From an uncultured Candidatus Woesearchaeota archaeon (GTDB lineage Archaea; Nanobdellota; Nanobdellia; Woesearchaeales; UBA525): DNA of 62,431 bases. Each line of letters begins with the position of its first letter. Position 1 is the stretch's first letter. Under the pieces are notes generated by a model that had not been told where the DNA came from, made no database searches, and was given only the letters and a program-made list of their open reading frames with translations. Below, piece after piece: positions 8,924 to 18,910 of this stretch. The translations under genes and the position numbers were made by a program. The stretch is from positions 1-62,431 of the forward strand of contig CAVRUV010000013.1 in assembly GCA_963724455.1 (NCBI GenBank), in the 5' to 3' direction.

Positions 8924-9516
8924 ATATTCTCCCTCCATTTTTGTTTCACAACAGCAATTGCCGCTTTAGTATCAGCAACAGACTTGCCTTGCAGTATTGT
9001 TTGCTTTGCAACAACGATTGCTGCAATGATGCCTGCAGATTTTTCTGCACTTAACTCGCCATTGTTGTATTTTTCCTCAACTTTATCTTGCAGATCATAC
9101 AATAAGAAGACTAAATACTTTCTAACAGCAGTTTTATCTTGCTCTTGACCAACAGACATCTTTGAGAATCCAGCAGTCTGTTTTAGGCATTGGTCTTTTT
9201 CTCTTCCGGCAATCTTATAGCACGGCTGGACTTTATCATAAAGAATTTGACAGGATTTAGAATCCGGTAATCCTCTGCAAGACTCTTCTACAACATGAGA
9301 TCCGGTTTTTTGTTCAAGACGGCATTGTACGCGCGCGTTCATCATAGGCATTGATTCGCAATCAGGCTTTTCTTGTACCAAAGGAGTGATTGTTGAATTT
9401 GGAGGAGTAGAATTTACTATTTGTTTTGGCGGAGGTGTCCAGCCCGTACTAGTGCCTGCTGCATAAGCTATATTCGCACTCAAGAGAACAAATAATAGAA
9501 TATATGCAATCTTCAT
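8920..9516 (-). CDS. Secreted Cys-rich protein, unknown function
   Basis: 198-aa ORF with signal peptide MKIAYILLFVLLSANIAYA and 8 Cys in the first half. Confidence 0.5.
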   Translation of the reverse strand: MKIAYILLFVLLSANIAYAAGTSTGWTPPPKQIVNSTPPNSTITPLVQEKPDCESMPMMNARVQCRLEQKTGSHVVEESCRGLPDSKSCQILYDKVQPCYKIAGREKDQCLKQTAGFSKMSVGQEQDKTAVRKYLVFLLYDLQDKVEEKYNNGELSAEKSAGIIAAIVVAKQTILQGKSVADTKAAIAVVKQKWRENI

Positions 9517-9706
9517 GATATTTTCAAGAAATTAATGTATTAATAGCTATTCCAAAATTTATCCAAAATTGAGCAAAGAAAATAATATAAAAAACTATTA
9601 AGACGAATTATTAAACTATTAAAAAATAAATAAACTATTAGAATATTAAAAAAATAAATAAACTATTAAAGAATTAAAATTAAAAAATTGAATTAAATAA
9701 AAAAAA

Positions 9707-10045
9707 TTAATCAGTTAATGTTTTTGAATATGCATCTTCACATGCAGCACGAATATAATTTCTATTCGAATCAATTCTTGCAGCGGAATGAAATGCAATA
9801 AGTACTGCTGTTCCCAAAAAGCCTTCGGTTAGTTTTTCCGCATAATAAGAAACAGACTTATTTTTAGATGTATGTTGAACTGCAGCGCTTAATCCTGCTG
9901 CAAGAACAAGGGGTAAAACTCCATATAAAAGCGTCTTAGTTATTGATTTGTCTTCTGCTCTTGCAACAGATTTTGTTTCAGTTCCAAGATTAGAAATATT
10001 ATAACCAAACAGAGTATTTGAAATATTTGTATCATCAGCTCTCAT
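9707..10045 (-). CDS. Membrane-associated hypothetical protein
   Basis: Start moved to MRADD (ATG 10045-10043), preceded by AAAAGGTGAAAATT (SD GGTGA). This removes the overlap with the upstream ORF. One central TM segment. Confidence 0.45.
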   Translation of the reverse strand: MRADDTNISNTLFGYNISNLGTETKSVARAEDKSITKTLLYGVLPLVLAAGLSAAVQHTSKNKSVSYYAEKLTEGFLGTAVLIAFHSAARIDSNRNYIRAACEDAYSKTLTD

Positions 10046-10058
10046 AATTTTCACCTTT

Positions 10059-10373
10059 TCATTTATACAATTTTTCTGCTGCAATAACTGCATCATCAAT
10101 TGATCCTCTTGCAGCATTTGAAGAGAACTCAGGTATCTTTTTCATTTCAAGTGCAGTAAGATATGAACCATTTCTTTGTCCGAATAATGGATAATGTCCT
10201 TCATTAGTCTTAACACATAAATCAGCAATCCCATCTTTATTGAAATCAAATGGTTTTCCTTGCTTATCTGCGGTATAAACAACTATTGGTGTTACTGCAG
10301 CTCTTACTTCTTTTTCACGATTAGGATCTCCAACAAGATCATTTAAAGCACTCATCAGCATTAGCCGGAACAA
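10059..10373 (-). CDS. Hypothetical protein with DxNxDGxxD (Ca-binding/FG-GAP-like) motif
   Basis: 104-aa ORF containing 'DFNKDGIADL'; same operon. Confidence 0.4.
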   Translation of the reverse strand: MFRLMLMSALNDLVGDPNREKEVRAAVTPIVVYTADKQGKPFDFNKDGIADLCVKTNEGHYPLFGQRNGSYLTALEMKKIPEFSSNAARGSIDDAVIAAEKLYK

Positions 10374-10443
10374 AAACCCATCAATGTAGTATAATTCATC
10401 TTATCTCTTAAACTTTCAGTCATATCATTCACCTTTCATTTTT

Positions 10444-10644
10444 TCAGTAATCTAAGAAGAACTCATCCATCTCATGTTTGGATAGTTTCTTCTTGTTTAG
10501 GATATTGACTTGTTTTTGCTTTCGTCCTGTAACAGGATCGACTGCTTTACTGTGGTGCAATCCTTTGAGGACTTGCTGGTCGTCTTCGGAGAGCGCTCCT
10601 TCGTCATCGTAGATAAATCCATCATCGTTTTTCATGATTATCAC
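10444..10644 (-). CDS. Small acidic hypothetical protein
   Basis: 66-aa ORF; start overlaps the upstream stop by 4 nt (10641-10644). Confidence 0.4.
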   Translation of the reverse strand: MIIMKNDDGFIYDDEGALSEDDQQVLKGLHHSKAVDPVTGRKQKQVNILNKKKLSKHEMDEFFLDY

Positions 10645-11048
10645 TCGTATTTTTTTGCAATCTCTTCTAACGTATTCTTGTATGAATCAGAAATGAACGG
10701 AACGCTAAAAGTCTTATTTGCGGCTGGTTGTCCGTTTCTTGTATAATTTCGTTGGTTTCGTGATTTTACCTCTTCACCAAACACTTCAAACTCTACTTCA
10801 GTATGGTATCGAGATAATTTACCATCACTCGCTTTTGATGCAAGAAATTCTAGTCCACGACCAAAGGGTAATTTGATATTATCATTAGGAGCGTTATGAA
10901 GGTACTCTACTGCAGCTGCTCTGCGTTTTTCCATATCACGCGCTTCTTGCTTATGAGTACAAGCAACATATGTACCAATTGAACCAATAACTGCCGTTGC
11001 ACCTGCATAAAGCAATAATTGTTTTGTTAGGTTTTGTGTCATAATCAT
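10641..11048 (-). CDS. N-terminally anchored hypothetical protein (first gene of the small-protein operon)
   Basis: 135-aa ORF with N-terminal TM LLLYAGATAVIGSIGTYVA. Confidence 0.45.
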   Translation of the reverse strand: MIMTQNLTKQLLLYAGATAVIGSIGTYVACTHKQEARDMEKRRAAAVEYLHNAPNDNIKLPFGRGLEFLASKASDGKLSRYHTEVEFEVFGEEVKSRNQRNYTRNGQPAANKTFSVPFISDSYKNTLEEIAKKYE

Positions 11049-11176
11049 ATAGCATACTTTCTCATTTATATATCTTTCGTTTTGATACTACTAACAAGAA
11101 GTAACATTTAGACATGTGTGTTTAAAACGGCTAAAAGCGCTGAATTTGAGGTTTGATCATAAATAACTCATTAACT

Positions 11177-11273
11177 ATGCCACGGAGAATTACTGCTCGA
11201 ATCCCTCGCAGGTTTTATGAAATTCCTCTTGCACCAATCAGAGGAATTTCTTGATTTTATTCCAAGGTGGCAT
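11177..11273 (-). ncRNA. Structured repeat family, copy J
   Basis: Minus-strand reading: ATGCCAC-CTT-GGAA...CTCC-GTGGCAT. Hairpin GAAATTCCTCT / AGAGGAATTTC capped by GATTGGTGCA, followed by ATAAAACCTG. Confidence 0.55.
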
Positions 11274-11358
11274 TAAAATTAGTAGGTTTTCCAGATAATA
11301 TTCACAAATCATTCTCCTCTGCAATACTTTTTTATACACCACACAACTCGTCGATAGT

Positions 11359-12771
11359 ATGGAAAACCCTAAGATGCATCTGTATAACACCATGACAAAG
11401 AGCAAAGTGCCTCTAGTCCCAATCGATGGCAAGACTGTTAAGATGTATACTTGCGGTCCTACCGTCTATAACTACGCTCACATCGGCAATTTAAGAACAT
11501 ACATTTTCGAAGATGTCCTAAAGCGCGCAATAGTATACAACGAATTCCCAATACTGCACGTCATGAATATCACTGACGTAGGACACCTAACTTCAGATGC
11601 AGACAGCGGCGAAGATAAAATGCTAAAAGGTGCAAAGCGCGAAGGAAAAACAGTCTGGCAAGTAGCAGAGTTCTACACCAAAGCATTTCAATCTGATATC
11701 AAAAAACTAAACATACAAGAACCAACTATTTGGTGCAAAGCAACCGATCACATACAAGAACAATTAGATATGATAAAAACTCTCGAAGAAAAAGGTTTTA
11801 CATATATTGCAGGAGGCAATGTATATTTTGATATCAGCAAATTTCCAAATTATGGAAAGCTCGCACGAATAAGCGTAGAAGATCTGCAAGCAGGAGCAAG
11901 AATCGATGTTGATGAGAATAAACGCCACCCTGCAGATTTTGCACTATGGTTTACTAAATCTAAATTCGAAGACCAAGATATGAAATGGGACAGCCCATGG
12001 GGACGAGGATATCCTGGCTGGCACATAGAATGCTCAGCAATGTCAAGAAAATATTTAGGCGACCAATTTGATATACACTGTGGCGGAATCGATCATATTG
12101 CAATACATCACACTAATGAGATTGCACAAACTGAAGCCGCAACTGGAAAAGAACCTTGGGTTCAAATATGGATGCACAGCGAATTCCTAGTCATTGACAA
12201 AGGCAAGATGGCAAAATCAGGAGAGAATTTCTTGACGCTACAAACTTTGATTGACAAAGGATACGACCCAATCATTTACCGTTACTTCTGCCTAACAGCA
12301 CACTACAAACAACAATTACAGTTTAGTTTTGAAGGACTTGATTCAGCCAAAGGAGCATATGAATCATTAAAAAATAAAATCCTGCATTTGCATGAACACA
12401 AGACTGAAGGAAAATCTATAGAAGAAAAAGAGCATAAAATAAAACAAGAATTTGTAGAAGCAATCAATGATGATCTTAACATTCCGCAAGCACTTGCAGT
12501 CATGTGGAACATGCTAAAAGATGACGAGCTTGCAAATGAGAGAAAAATTATACTTGCAGAATTATTCGATAATGTACTTGGTCTTGGAATTAAAGAAATG
12601 GGAATCAAAGACGAGATTCCTGAAGATATAAAAGTTCTTGCGCATAACAGGCATGAAGCAAAGCTTGCAAAAAACTGGGCATTATCCGACGAACTCAGAA
12701 ACAAGATAAATTCCGCAGGCTACACTATCGACGATAAAAAAGATGGAACTTATACGATTAGGAAAAGTTGA
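11359..12771 (+). CDS. cysS: Cysteinyl-tRNA synthetase
   Basis: HIGH-type 'AHIGNLRTY', KMSKS-type 'GKMAKSG', and the CysRS-specific 'GYPGWHIECS'. True start may be the second Met (MHLYNT). Confidence 0.9.
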   Translation: MENPKMHLYNTMTKSKVPLVPIDGKTVKMYTCGPTVYNYAHIGNLRTYIFEDVLKRAIVYNEFPILHVMNITDVGHLTSDADSGEDKMLKGAKREGKTVWQVAEFYTKAFQSDIKKLNIQEPTIWCKATDHIQEQLDMIKTLEEKGFTYIAGGNVYFDISKFPNYGKLARISVEDLQAGARIDVDENKRHPADFALWFTKSKFEDQDMKWDSPWGRGYPGWHIECSAMSRKYLGDQFDIHCGGIDHIAIHHTNEIAQTEAATGKEPWVQIWMHSEFLVIDKGKMAKSGENFLTLQTLIDKGYDPIIYRYFCLTAHYKQQLQFSFEGLDSAKGAYESLKNKILHLHEHKTEGKSIEEKEHKIKQEFVEAINDDLNIPQALAVMWNMLKDDELANERKIILAELFDNVLGLGIKEMGIKDEIPEDIKVLAHNRHEAKLAKNWALSDELRNKINSAGYTIDDKKDGTYTIRKS

Positions 12772-12805
12772 AAAAATAACAACAAATAACTTTACTTAAC
12801 AAATT

Positions 12806-13597
12806 TTAACGAAACAGCCCGGGAATATAAACCCAATTCTTTTCAAGAAGCTTTTGTTTTAGCATTTCATGGTGACGCAGATCATATGATGCAATCTTCT
12901 CAAGTACAGTATCAGCATATAACATCTCTCCATTTTTTTCTCTTAGCATTGCAGAAGCATTTATTCTTGCTACACAAGCATCAAGAGTTGCATCAACAAG
13001 ATCAGGCATCTGTTTGCAGAACTCATCTTGCACTGCTTTTGAGGCATATTCTTTCTTTAAAATAGGTAATGCAACAAAAATAGCACCAAGAGATTCTGGC
13101 ACTGCATCTCTAAAAGAATACCAATCATGGTGAACCAAAAGAAGATTTTTTGTAGACTGGAAACCTGGCCAATATAATGATTGATGACTACTAATATCTC
13201 CCACCAATCTAGGTTCTTGTATTAATTCAACATGATTTTGAGAATAATCGTATCTAAGACTGTTAAGGAAAACCATACATTTTCTAAATGCAACTTCCTT
13301 CATAGTTTTATCAAGAGCAGGATATACAGAACCTACAACGTTAAGAATCTGCGATGTCCAGTCATGATTTGGACCACCCACATATGCTTCATAACTACTG
13401 TCTTGATTGACGTTGCGCATCGCACCCATAAATTCGTCAAACTGCAGTATCGCAGCTTCAGGATTAATAAACATCCGCTCTGCATAAACATTTGCAACTG
13501 CATCTGCAGAATCATCCATATACAACAACTGCTGCGCTATGCGATTTGCTATCTCCACTAAAGATTCTCGCTTATATTGCTTCCAACTATCATTCAT
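12806..13597 (-). CDS. Hypothetical protein
   Basis: 263-aa ORF with no motif I recognise. Confidence 0.45.
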   Translation of the reverse strand: MNDSWKQYKRESLVEIANRIAQQLLYMDDSADAVANVYAERMFINPEAAILQFDEFMGAMRNVNQDSSYEAYVGGPNHDWTSQILNVVGSVYPALDKTMKEVAFRKCMVFLNSLRYDYSQNHVELIQEPRLVGDISSHQSLYWPGFQSTKNLLLVHHDWYSFRDAVPESLGAIFVALPILKKEYASKAVQDEFCKQMPDLVDATLDACVARINASAMLREKNGEMLYADTVLEKIASYDLRHHEMLKQKLLEKNWVYIPGLFR

Positions 13598-13650
13598 ATA
13601 ATTGGGGGTCTATTATCATTTAAAAAATAATATGTAGAATAAGAAACAAT

Positions 13651-14580
13651 TTAATTTTTTACACCGATTAATCCATACTCTCTTGCAAGTTCTGCTTCAG
13701 AATCTTCTTTCTTATCAGAATCACCAGAATCAGATATTAGAAAAATCACACCATTGCCCTTCGGAGTTACTTGATATATAGGATCGTTTGAAATCATAGC
13801 ATAAGTAGAATTTCCAATATAATTATTATTAATATTCAATTTTTCAAATACAGACGCATAAGTTGTTTTTTCAATAAACCCAAACATTAACAATTCATGC
13901 AATGACGAGTGTTTAAACAAAAATGAAACATCTGATGAATTTGCATTAAATTTACTATCCGGAGTTCTCTCGTGTTTCTTTGCAATAACTTCATATAGAG
14001 TGAATGCTGCAAATAATGTTCCTTTTGTTATATTCATATATAACGTATCATTAAATTTTTGTTTTTTAGTAAAACTACAACTCACATATCCACCCGACGA
14101 TGTAGTTAATAATTCTAGATCAGAACAATGTCCCCCAGATGGAATATGTAATGAAGGTGCAAAAATAGTATCTTGTGGTAATCCGCAACCAGCATCTTTT
14201 TTAAAATACATATCAAATAACGATTTAAAATTATCTTTCTCCGCAACATTAAATATGGAATAAATGATACTAGTAGCGTGAATCAAAAAATTTGCCATAC
14301 TTAATACACCATTACATATGACATTAAGAATAGGATGTCGTTTGGTAAGCACAAATTGATTACGTTCTTCAACACTTATTGAGTCCCAATATTCTCTTAA
14401 CAATTTTGATTGTTCTTTTGCAATTTTTTCATCATCGTCAAAATGACTCCTATCTAAAAAATATTTTCCTTGTTTAGAATATAACAAAACACCAGAAAAT
14501 ACTTCTTTCAGAAGAGGAGCATCATTTGACACAATAGATTCTAAAGATTTCTGCCCTTCATCTGAGAGTTTATCATCCAT
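13651..14580 (-). CDS. Hypothetical protein
   Basis: 309-aa ORF with no recognisable motif; visibly more AT-rich than the flanking synthetase genes. Confidence 0.45.
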   Translation of the reverse strand: MDDKLSDEGQKSLESIVSNDAPLLKEVFSGVLLYSKQGKYFLDRSHFDDDEKIAKEQSKLLREYWDSISVEERNQFVLTKRHPILNVICNGVLSMANFLIHATSIIYSIFNVAEKDNFKSLFDMYFKKDAGCGLPQDTIFAPSLHIPSGGHCSDLELLTTSSGGYVSCSFTKKQKFNDTLYMNITKGTLFAAFTLYEVIAKKHERTPDSKFNANSSDVSFLFKHSSLHELLMFGFIEKTTYASVFEKLNINNNYIGNSTYAMISNDPIYQVTPKGNGVIFLISDSGDSDKKEDSEAELAREYGLIGVKN

Positions 14581-14628
14581 AATATCAGAAATTAATAGTT
14601 ATTTAAAAACAATATGAAAAAAATCAAT

Positions 14629-17046
14629 TCACTCAACTAATTCTTCTATCTCAACTGCAAACTCGCCTTTTTGATGTTCTAGACCTTGCGCTTTAGTTGC
14701 AGACAATAAATCATTCTCAACAAGAGTTAAATCAACATTAGTAGTAATCTTTAATTTTGCAACCGGTTTATTGAGCGCGAGCTTTCTTTCAGACTTATAC
14801 TTTCGTACAACATCAATAATCTTCAAGACTTCAGCCCCGATTATTTCTGCAGTTGTATCTGAAAATTCTGGATTGGCAACCGGCCAAGGCGCTAAATGCA
14901 CGCTTGTTTGACCTTCATGCTTTGCAAATCTCAAACCATAGATTTCTTCTGTAATGAACGGCATGAATGGCGCAAACAATTTTAACAACGTCGACAAAAC
15001 GTGCGATATTGCAAACTGTGCGCTGTGCTTTTGCAAAATATCTTTAGGATCGTACAATCTTCCTTTGACAATTTCCATGTAATTATCACAAAAATCCGTC
15101 CAGAAGAATGAATCGAGTGCCATGCGCGCTCTTGCATGTTCATAATCGTCGAATGCTTGTGTGCACTCAACAATAACCTTATTGAGCTTAGAAAGAAGCC
15201 ACCTATCGATTACTTCAAGCTCATCGAATCTCCCTTGCCAATCATTATTATAGTCCGCAAGATTCATAAGTGCAAACTTGCTTGCATTCCAAATCTTGTT
15301 AACAAGTTTATTTCCAACTTGCATCTCTTTTTCATTAAAGGGAGTGTCATCACCGAGCTTGCAACTAGCTGCCCAGCATCGTATAACATCTGCGCAATAC
15401 TTATCCATCATTATTCTTGGATCGACTACATTTCCCTTGCTTTTGCTCATTTTCTGTCCATGAGGATCAGTAACATATCCTGAAATCACGATATTTTTCC
15501 ACGGAACAACACCATGATGATAGTATGATTTTACAATAGTATAGAACGCCCATGTTCTGATGATATCTTGTCCTTGCGGACGAAGGCTTGTAGGAATTAA
15601 TTTCACTGCAGCATCAGGATTCTTCTGCCAATTAGTAATTATTTGAGGAGTAACCGAGCTTGTTGCCCATGTATCCATAACATCTGCTTCTGGAATAAGG
15701 TGCGCAAGAATATCGGCTGAAACATGCATTGGTTTATCCTTTGCAGGATCTACTGGTAATTGAGACTCATCTGCAACATATGCTTTTCCATCTCGGTTAT
15801 CATACCATACTGGGAACGGAACCCCGAAGAATCGTTGACGGCTAATACACCAATCCCAATTGAGATTTTCTACCCAATGCTTGTATCGTATCTGCATATG
15901 CTCTGGATGCCAATTAATCTCTTCGGCAATTTTAACAAGCTCTTCTTTTTTATCCATGACATTAATGTACCATTGCGGCGTCTTTAGGAATTCTATTTCT
16001 GTACTGCATCTTTCGTGCACATTAACAGGATGTGAAATTGCTTTTTGCCCAACAAGCAACCCTGCTTCTTTAAGATCTTCAATAATTAATTTTCTTGCAT
16101 CCTTAATATTAAGCCCTGCATACTTTCCAGCAAGATCATTGAGCTTACCATCTTTTGTGAGAATAACACGAAGCTCTAGCTTGTGCTTGAACCATTTTTC
16201 AATATCTTCCTTATCACCAAAAGTGCAGACCATCATAAGGCCTGTTCCTTTTTCCAAATCAACTTTATCGTCAAGGATTAATGGAACTTCATAGTTCATC
16301 AACGGAACAGTTACTTTCTTTCCATGATATTGCGTATAACGTTTGTCATCTGAGTGCGCCGCAAGAGCAACGCAAGCAGGTATAAGTTCGGGTCTTGTTG
16401 TTGCAATAGTTACTGGATGCCCTGCAATGTGGAAATGAATATCATTGAAGTGGCTTGATAGCTCAACATTGTCAAATTCTGCTTGTGCAATTGCAGTCTG
16501 GCATTGTACACACCAAGCTGCAGGAGTTTCCTTACGATAAACAAGACCTTTTTTGTATAAATCAATAAAACTTTTTTGACTAGTCGCCATACAATGTAAA
16601 TCAATGGTGCTGTAAGTAGTATCAAAATCACAGCTCATGCCCATACGCTTCCAATCAGAAACAAAATCCGCCTTAATTTCTTGAACAGTTGTATAACATA
16701 ACTGGCGAAATACTGCGCGCTCCATTTTTGTACCTTTAACGCCCTTTAGTTTTTCAACCAATTTTTCAGTAGGTAGACCATTGTCATCAGTACCAAATGG
16801 GAAGAATACTTTACCACCAGTCTTCATGCGCTGATAACGTGCGTAAAAATCCTGTTGTGCATATGAGTATGTATGACCAATATGCATCTTTCCGCTAACA
16901 GTTGGTGGAGGAGTATCAATAATAAAGCTCTCAGAAGTAGGCTCGTGTTTGTAGATTCCTTCGCTTGCCCAACGCGCTTGGATTCTTGCTTCTGCTTCCT
17001 TTGGGTCGTATCGTGCAGGCAAGTCTGATTCTATTACAGCAGTCAT
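14629..17046 (-). CDS. valS: Valyl-tRNA synthetase
   Basis: 'TPPPTVSGKMHIGH' (ValRS-type HIGH region), 'KMSKSKGN', and a large CP1 editing insertion; 805 aa. Confidence 0.85.
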   Translation of the reverse strand: MTAVIESDLPARYDPKEAEARIQARWASEGIYKHEPTSESFIIDTPPPTVSGKMHIGHTYSYAQQDFYARYQRMKTGGKVFFPFGTDDNGLPTEKLVEKLKGVKGTKMERAVFRQLCYTTVQEIKADFVSDWKRMGMSCDFDTTYSTIDLHCMATSQKSFIDLYKKGLVYRKETPAAWCVQCQTAIAQAEFDNVELSSHFNDIHFHIAGHPVTIATTRPELIPACVALAAHSDDKRYTQYHGKKVTVPLMNYEVPLILDDKVDLEKGTGLMMVCTFGDKEDIEKWFKHKLELRVILTKDGKLNDLAGKYAGLNIKDARKLIIEDLKEAGLLVGQKAISHPVNVHERCSTEIEFLKTPQWYINVMDKKEELVKIAEEINWHPEHMQIRYKHWVENLNWDWCISRQRFFGVPFPVWYDNRDGKAYVADESQLPVDPAKDKPMHVSADILAHLIPEADVMDTWATSSVTPQIITNWQKNPDAAVKLIPTSLRPQGQDIIRTWAFYTIVKSYYHHGVVPWKNIVISGYVTDPHGQKMSKSKGNVVDPRIMMDKYCADVIRCWAASCKLGDDTPFNEKEMQVGNKLVNKIWNASKFALMNLADYNNDWQGRFDELEVIDRWLLSKLNKVIVECTQAFDDYEHARARMALDSFFWTDFCDNYMEIVKGRLYDPKDILQKHSAQFAISHVLSTLLKLFAPFMPFITEEIYGLRFAKHEGQTSVHLAPWPVANPEFSDTTAEIIGAEVLKIIDVVRKYKSERKLALNKPVAKLKITTNVDLTLVENDLLSATKAQGLEHQKGEFAVEIEELVE

Positions 17047-17160
17047 ATTAATTGGTGCGAGAGCTTAGCTTTTAAATGTTTATGACTAAAATAATAGAAA
17101 ATAAGAGAGAAAGAGAACTAAAACCCTAAAAAACTAATTAAAAAAATCCTACTCTTGAAT

Positions 17161-17838
17161 TCATGAGCTTTTCTTCGTGCTAATTCTTACGATAGCTTCA
17201 TGCGCCCTGACAAGGTCTTTTTCATCTAAGAATATACTGACTGACGGGCTTACTGAGAATATCATAACGATATTGATACCTTGTGTTGCAAGCTCGTTTG
17301 TGATTCTTGAAAGGACTCCTTTTGTATCCCATCCTTGTGCAGTAAGCTGAATGCTGACCTCGACAAGGCCTTTTCTTGTATCTTCAACTGAGGACTCTGG
17401 GAAAAAACTCTTTGCTTTAGTCAAGCTATCTCTATCTACAACAATTTGTGCTTCGTGGCGTGCTTTAATGAGCCTAAAAACGTCATTTTTTAGGAAATCA
17501 TCATTACTCATCATATTAGTAACATACTTGTAGGTGTTGCTAGTATTGCGAAGTGTTAGAAGGCTAATATTTGTCTTTGTACTAATGACTGCTTCTTGCA
17601 ATGCTCTTGCAATCTTGGCGTAATCGTCTTGAATAGTCTCATCTGCTTTATATCTTCTGACTGCTGAAATAACGCTGTCGAGGCTGCCTTTAATTTGATA
17701 ATTGTCAATAATATGCTGTGCTAGAGCGCTCACGTTAATGATTCCGCGTTCAAGGTCTTTTTTGATAGTAATGTCATTATCTAGGATTTCCCACACTTGT
17801 TTGGTTATACTTGTCATATAATGACCGAAAACGGCCAT
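17161..17838 (-). CDS. ACT-domain protein
   Basis: C-terminal 'LVEVSIQLTAQGWDTKGVLSRITNELATQGINIVMIFS..SVSIFLDEKDLVRAHEAI' has the ACT beta-alpha-beta-beta-alpha-beta pattern seen in aspartokinase-type regulatory domains. Confidence 0.45.
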   Translation of the reverse strand: MAVFGHYMTSITKQVWEILDNDITIKKDLERGIINVSALAQHIIDNYQIKGSLDSVISAVRRYKADETIQDDYAKIARALQEAVISTKTNISLLTLRNTSNTYKYVTNMMSNDDFLKNDVFRLIKARHEAQIVVDRDSLTKAKSFFPESSVEDTRKGLVEVSIQLTAQGWDTKGVLSRITNELATQGINIVMIFSVSPSVSIFLDEKDLVRAHEAIVRISTKKSS

Positions 17839-18000
17839 TTATTTATAAGTGTTGCGTAGAAGTGTCAGAACAGAGTAAACTCATATCAATGACTCTCTTC
17901 AAAACCCCCTCAGATAACTAGATTTAAAAAAGAAAGATTCTATAATAAAAAATTAATAAAAAAAATCATAAAAAGAATAAACAATTTCCGAGGCAAGAAT

Positions 18001-18294
18001 ATGGGCGCAAAAGAACATACAAAAGATGCTAGTGTTTCAGCTAGAGACCTTGAAACACATATGACCAAAGCCGCAAAAGATGCAACTGTTATTATGAGAT
18101 TACTAGAAGATATCCACTCGGATCTAAAAGATGAAAAGATAGAAGCAGCAGTAAAAGATTCAAAGATTTTCAAAGATATAGCATACCAATTGGAAGTAAG
18201 AAGCAGACAAGCTCACATGATGCAAGAAGGCATTGAAAACATGAGAAACAGCATCGAACATCTCAAAAAACAAGTGCATGATATAAAAAAATAA
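18001..18294 (+). CDS. Small coiled-coil hypothetical protein
   Basis: 97-aa charged, heptad-like ORF. Confidence 0.4.
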   Translation: MGAKEHTKDASVSARDLETHMTKAAKDATVIMRLLEDIHSDLKDEKIEAAVKDSKIFKDIAYQLEVRSRQAHMMQEGIENMRNSIEHLKKQVHDIKK

Positions 18295-18410
18295 TAACCA
18301 TACAATGCATATTAGATGCAGTATTCTAGATGTCACGAGAACATTTAAAAAGAAGAGTGACTAATAACAAAATGCGTATTCAAAATATATATTCATAATA
18401 GGTGATTATC

Positions 18411-18878
18411 ATGGGATTATTCGGCTCTGAAGAAACTGAAGGACAGAAGTGGAAAAAATCAGTACGTTCACAATTAAAAGCAATTCTTACAGTATTACAA
18501 AGTGTACAAACACAAATTGATTCAAAGAAAGGATTTGGTGACGGGGATTATCAAGTAATGGTAAGAAATATAGAATATGCTGCACAACAGTTAGTGTTAA
18601 AAATTGAACCAACCACAAGAAATAATCCTGTATTACTGAAAAGATTAGGAATTACTGCCAATGGACAAACTCTGTGTAAAAGCCTCAATACAGATTTACA
18701 AGTATTATGGGACAAAATAGGCAAGAATGATCTATTGCGTTCAATACCGGATATAATGTTCTTCATACTAAATATGCTAGCAAAAATAGACAATAAAATT
18801 AATGCAAAAGCTAAAAATGAAATATACCGCATAGATGTTGCAGCCATCGATAGAATACTCGACATGTTCACCACATAA
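18411..18878 (+). CDS. Hypothetical protein
   Basis: Start moved to ATG 18411 (MGLFGSEE), preceded by AGGTGAT; the track start at 18402 is a GTG lying inside the SD. Confidence 0.45.
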   Translation: MGLFGSEETEGQKWKKSVRSQLKAILTVLQSVQTQIDSKKGFGDGDYQVMVRNIEYAAQQLVLKIEPTTRNNPVLLKRLGITANGQTLCKSLNTDLQVLWDKIGKNDLLRSIPDIMFFILNMLAKIDNKINAKAKNEIYRIDVAAIDRILDMFTT

Positions 18879-18910
18879 GTTTTTAAATAGTCAATGACTA
18901 CCTAGTAGTA

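Noticed and set aside
9540-9706. A possible CRISPR-like or tandem array (repeated AAATAAACTATTA / AACTATTA)
   Set aside because: The spacing is irregular (19-28 bp), and the units are short, AT-only and degenerate. There are no unique spacers and no cas genes, so this is a low-complexity promoter/terminator spacer.
11238-11432. 64-aa minus-strand ORF
   Set aside because: It spans element copy J and the cysS start region and has no SD, so it is spurious.
15136-16294. Several 60-144-aa ORFs antisense to or out of frame within valS. Comparable ORFs lie inside polB (38115-39746), the P-type ATPase (35417-37717), the mini-MCM (57376-58137), the GT3 synthase (24251-25904), the 32498-33172 gene (32528-33156) and others
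   Set aside because: They are embedded in long, motif-supported genes. They have low-complexity or Cys/Ser/Leu-rich composition and no ribosome-binding sites.
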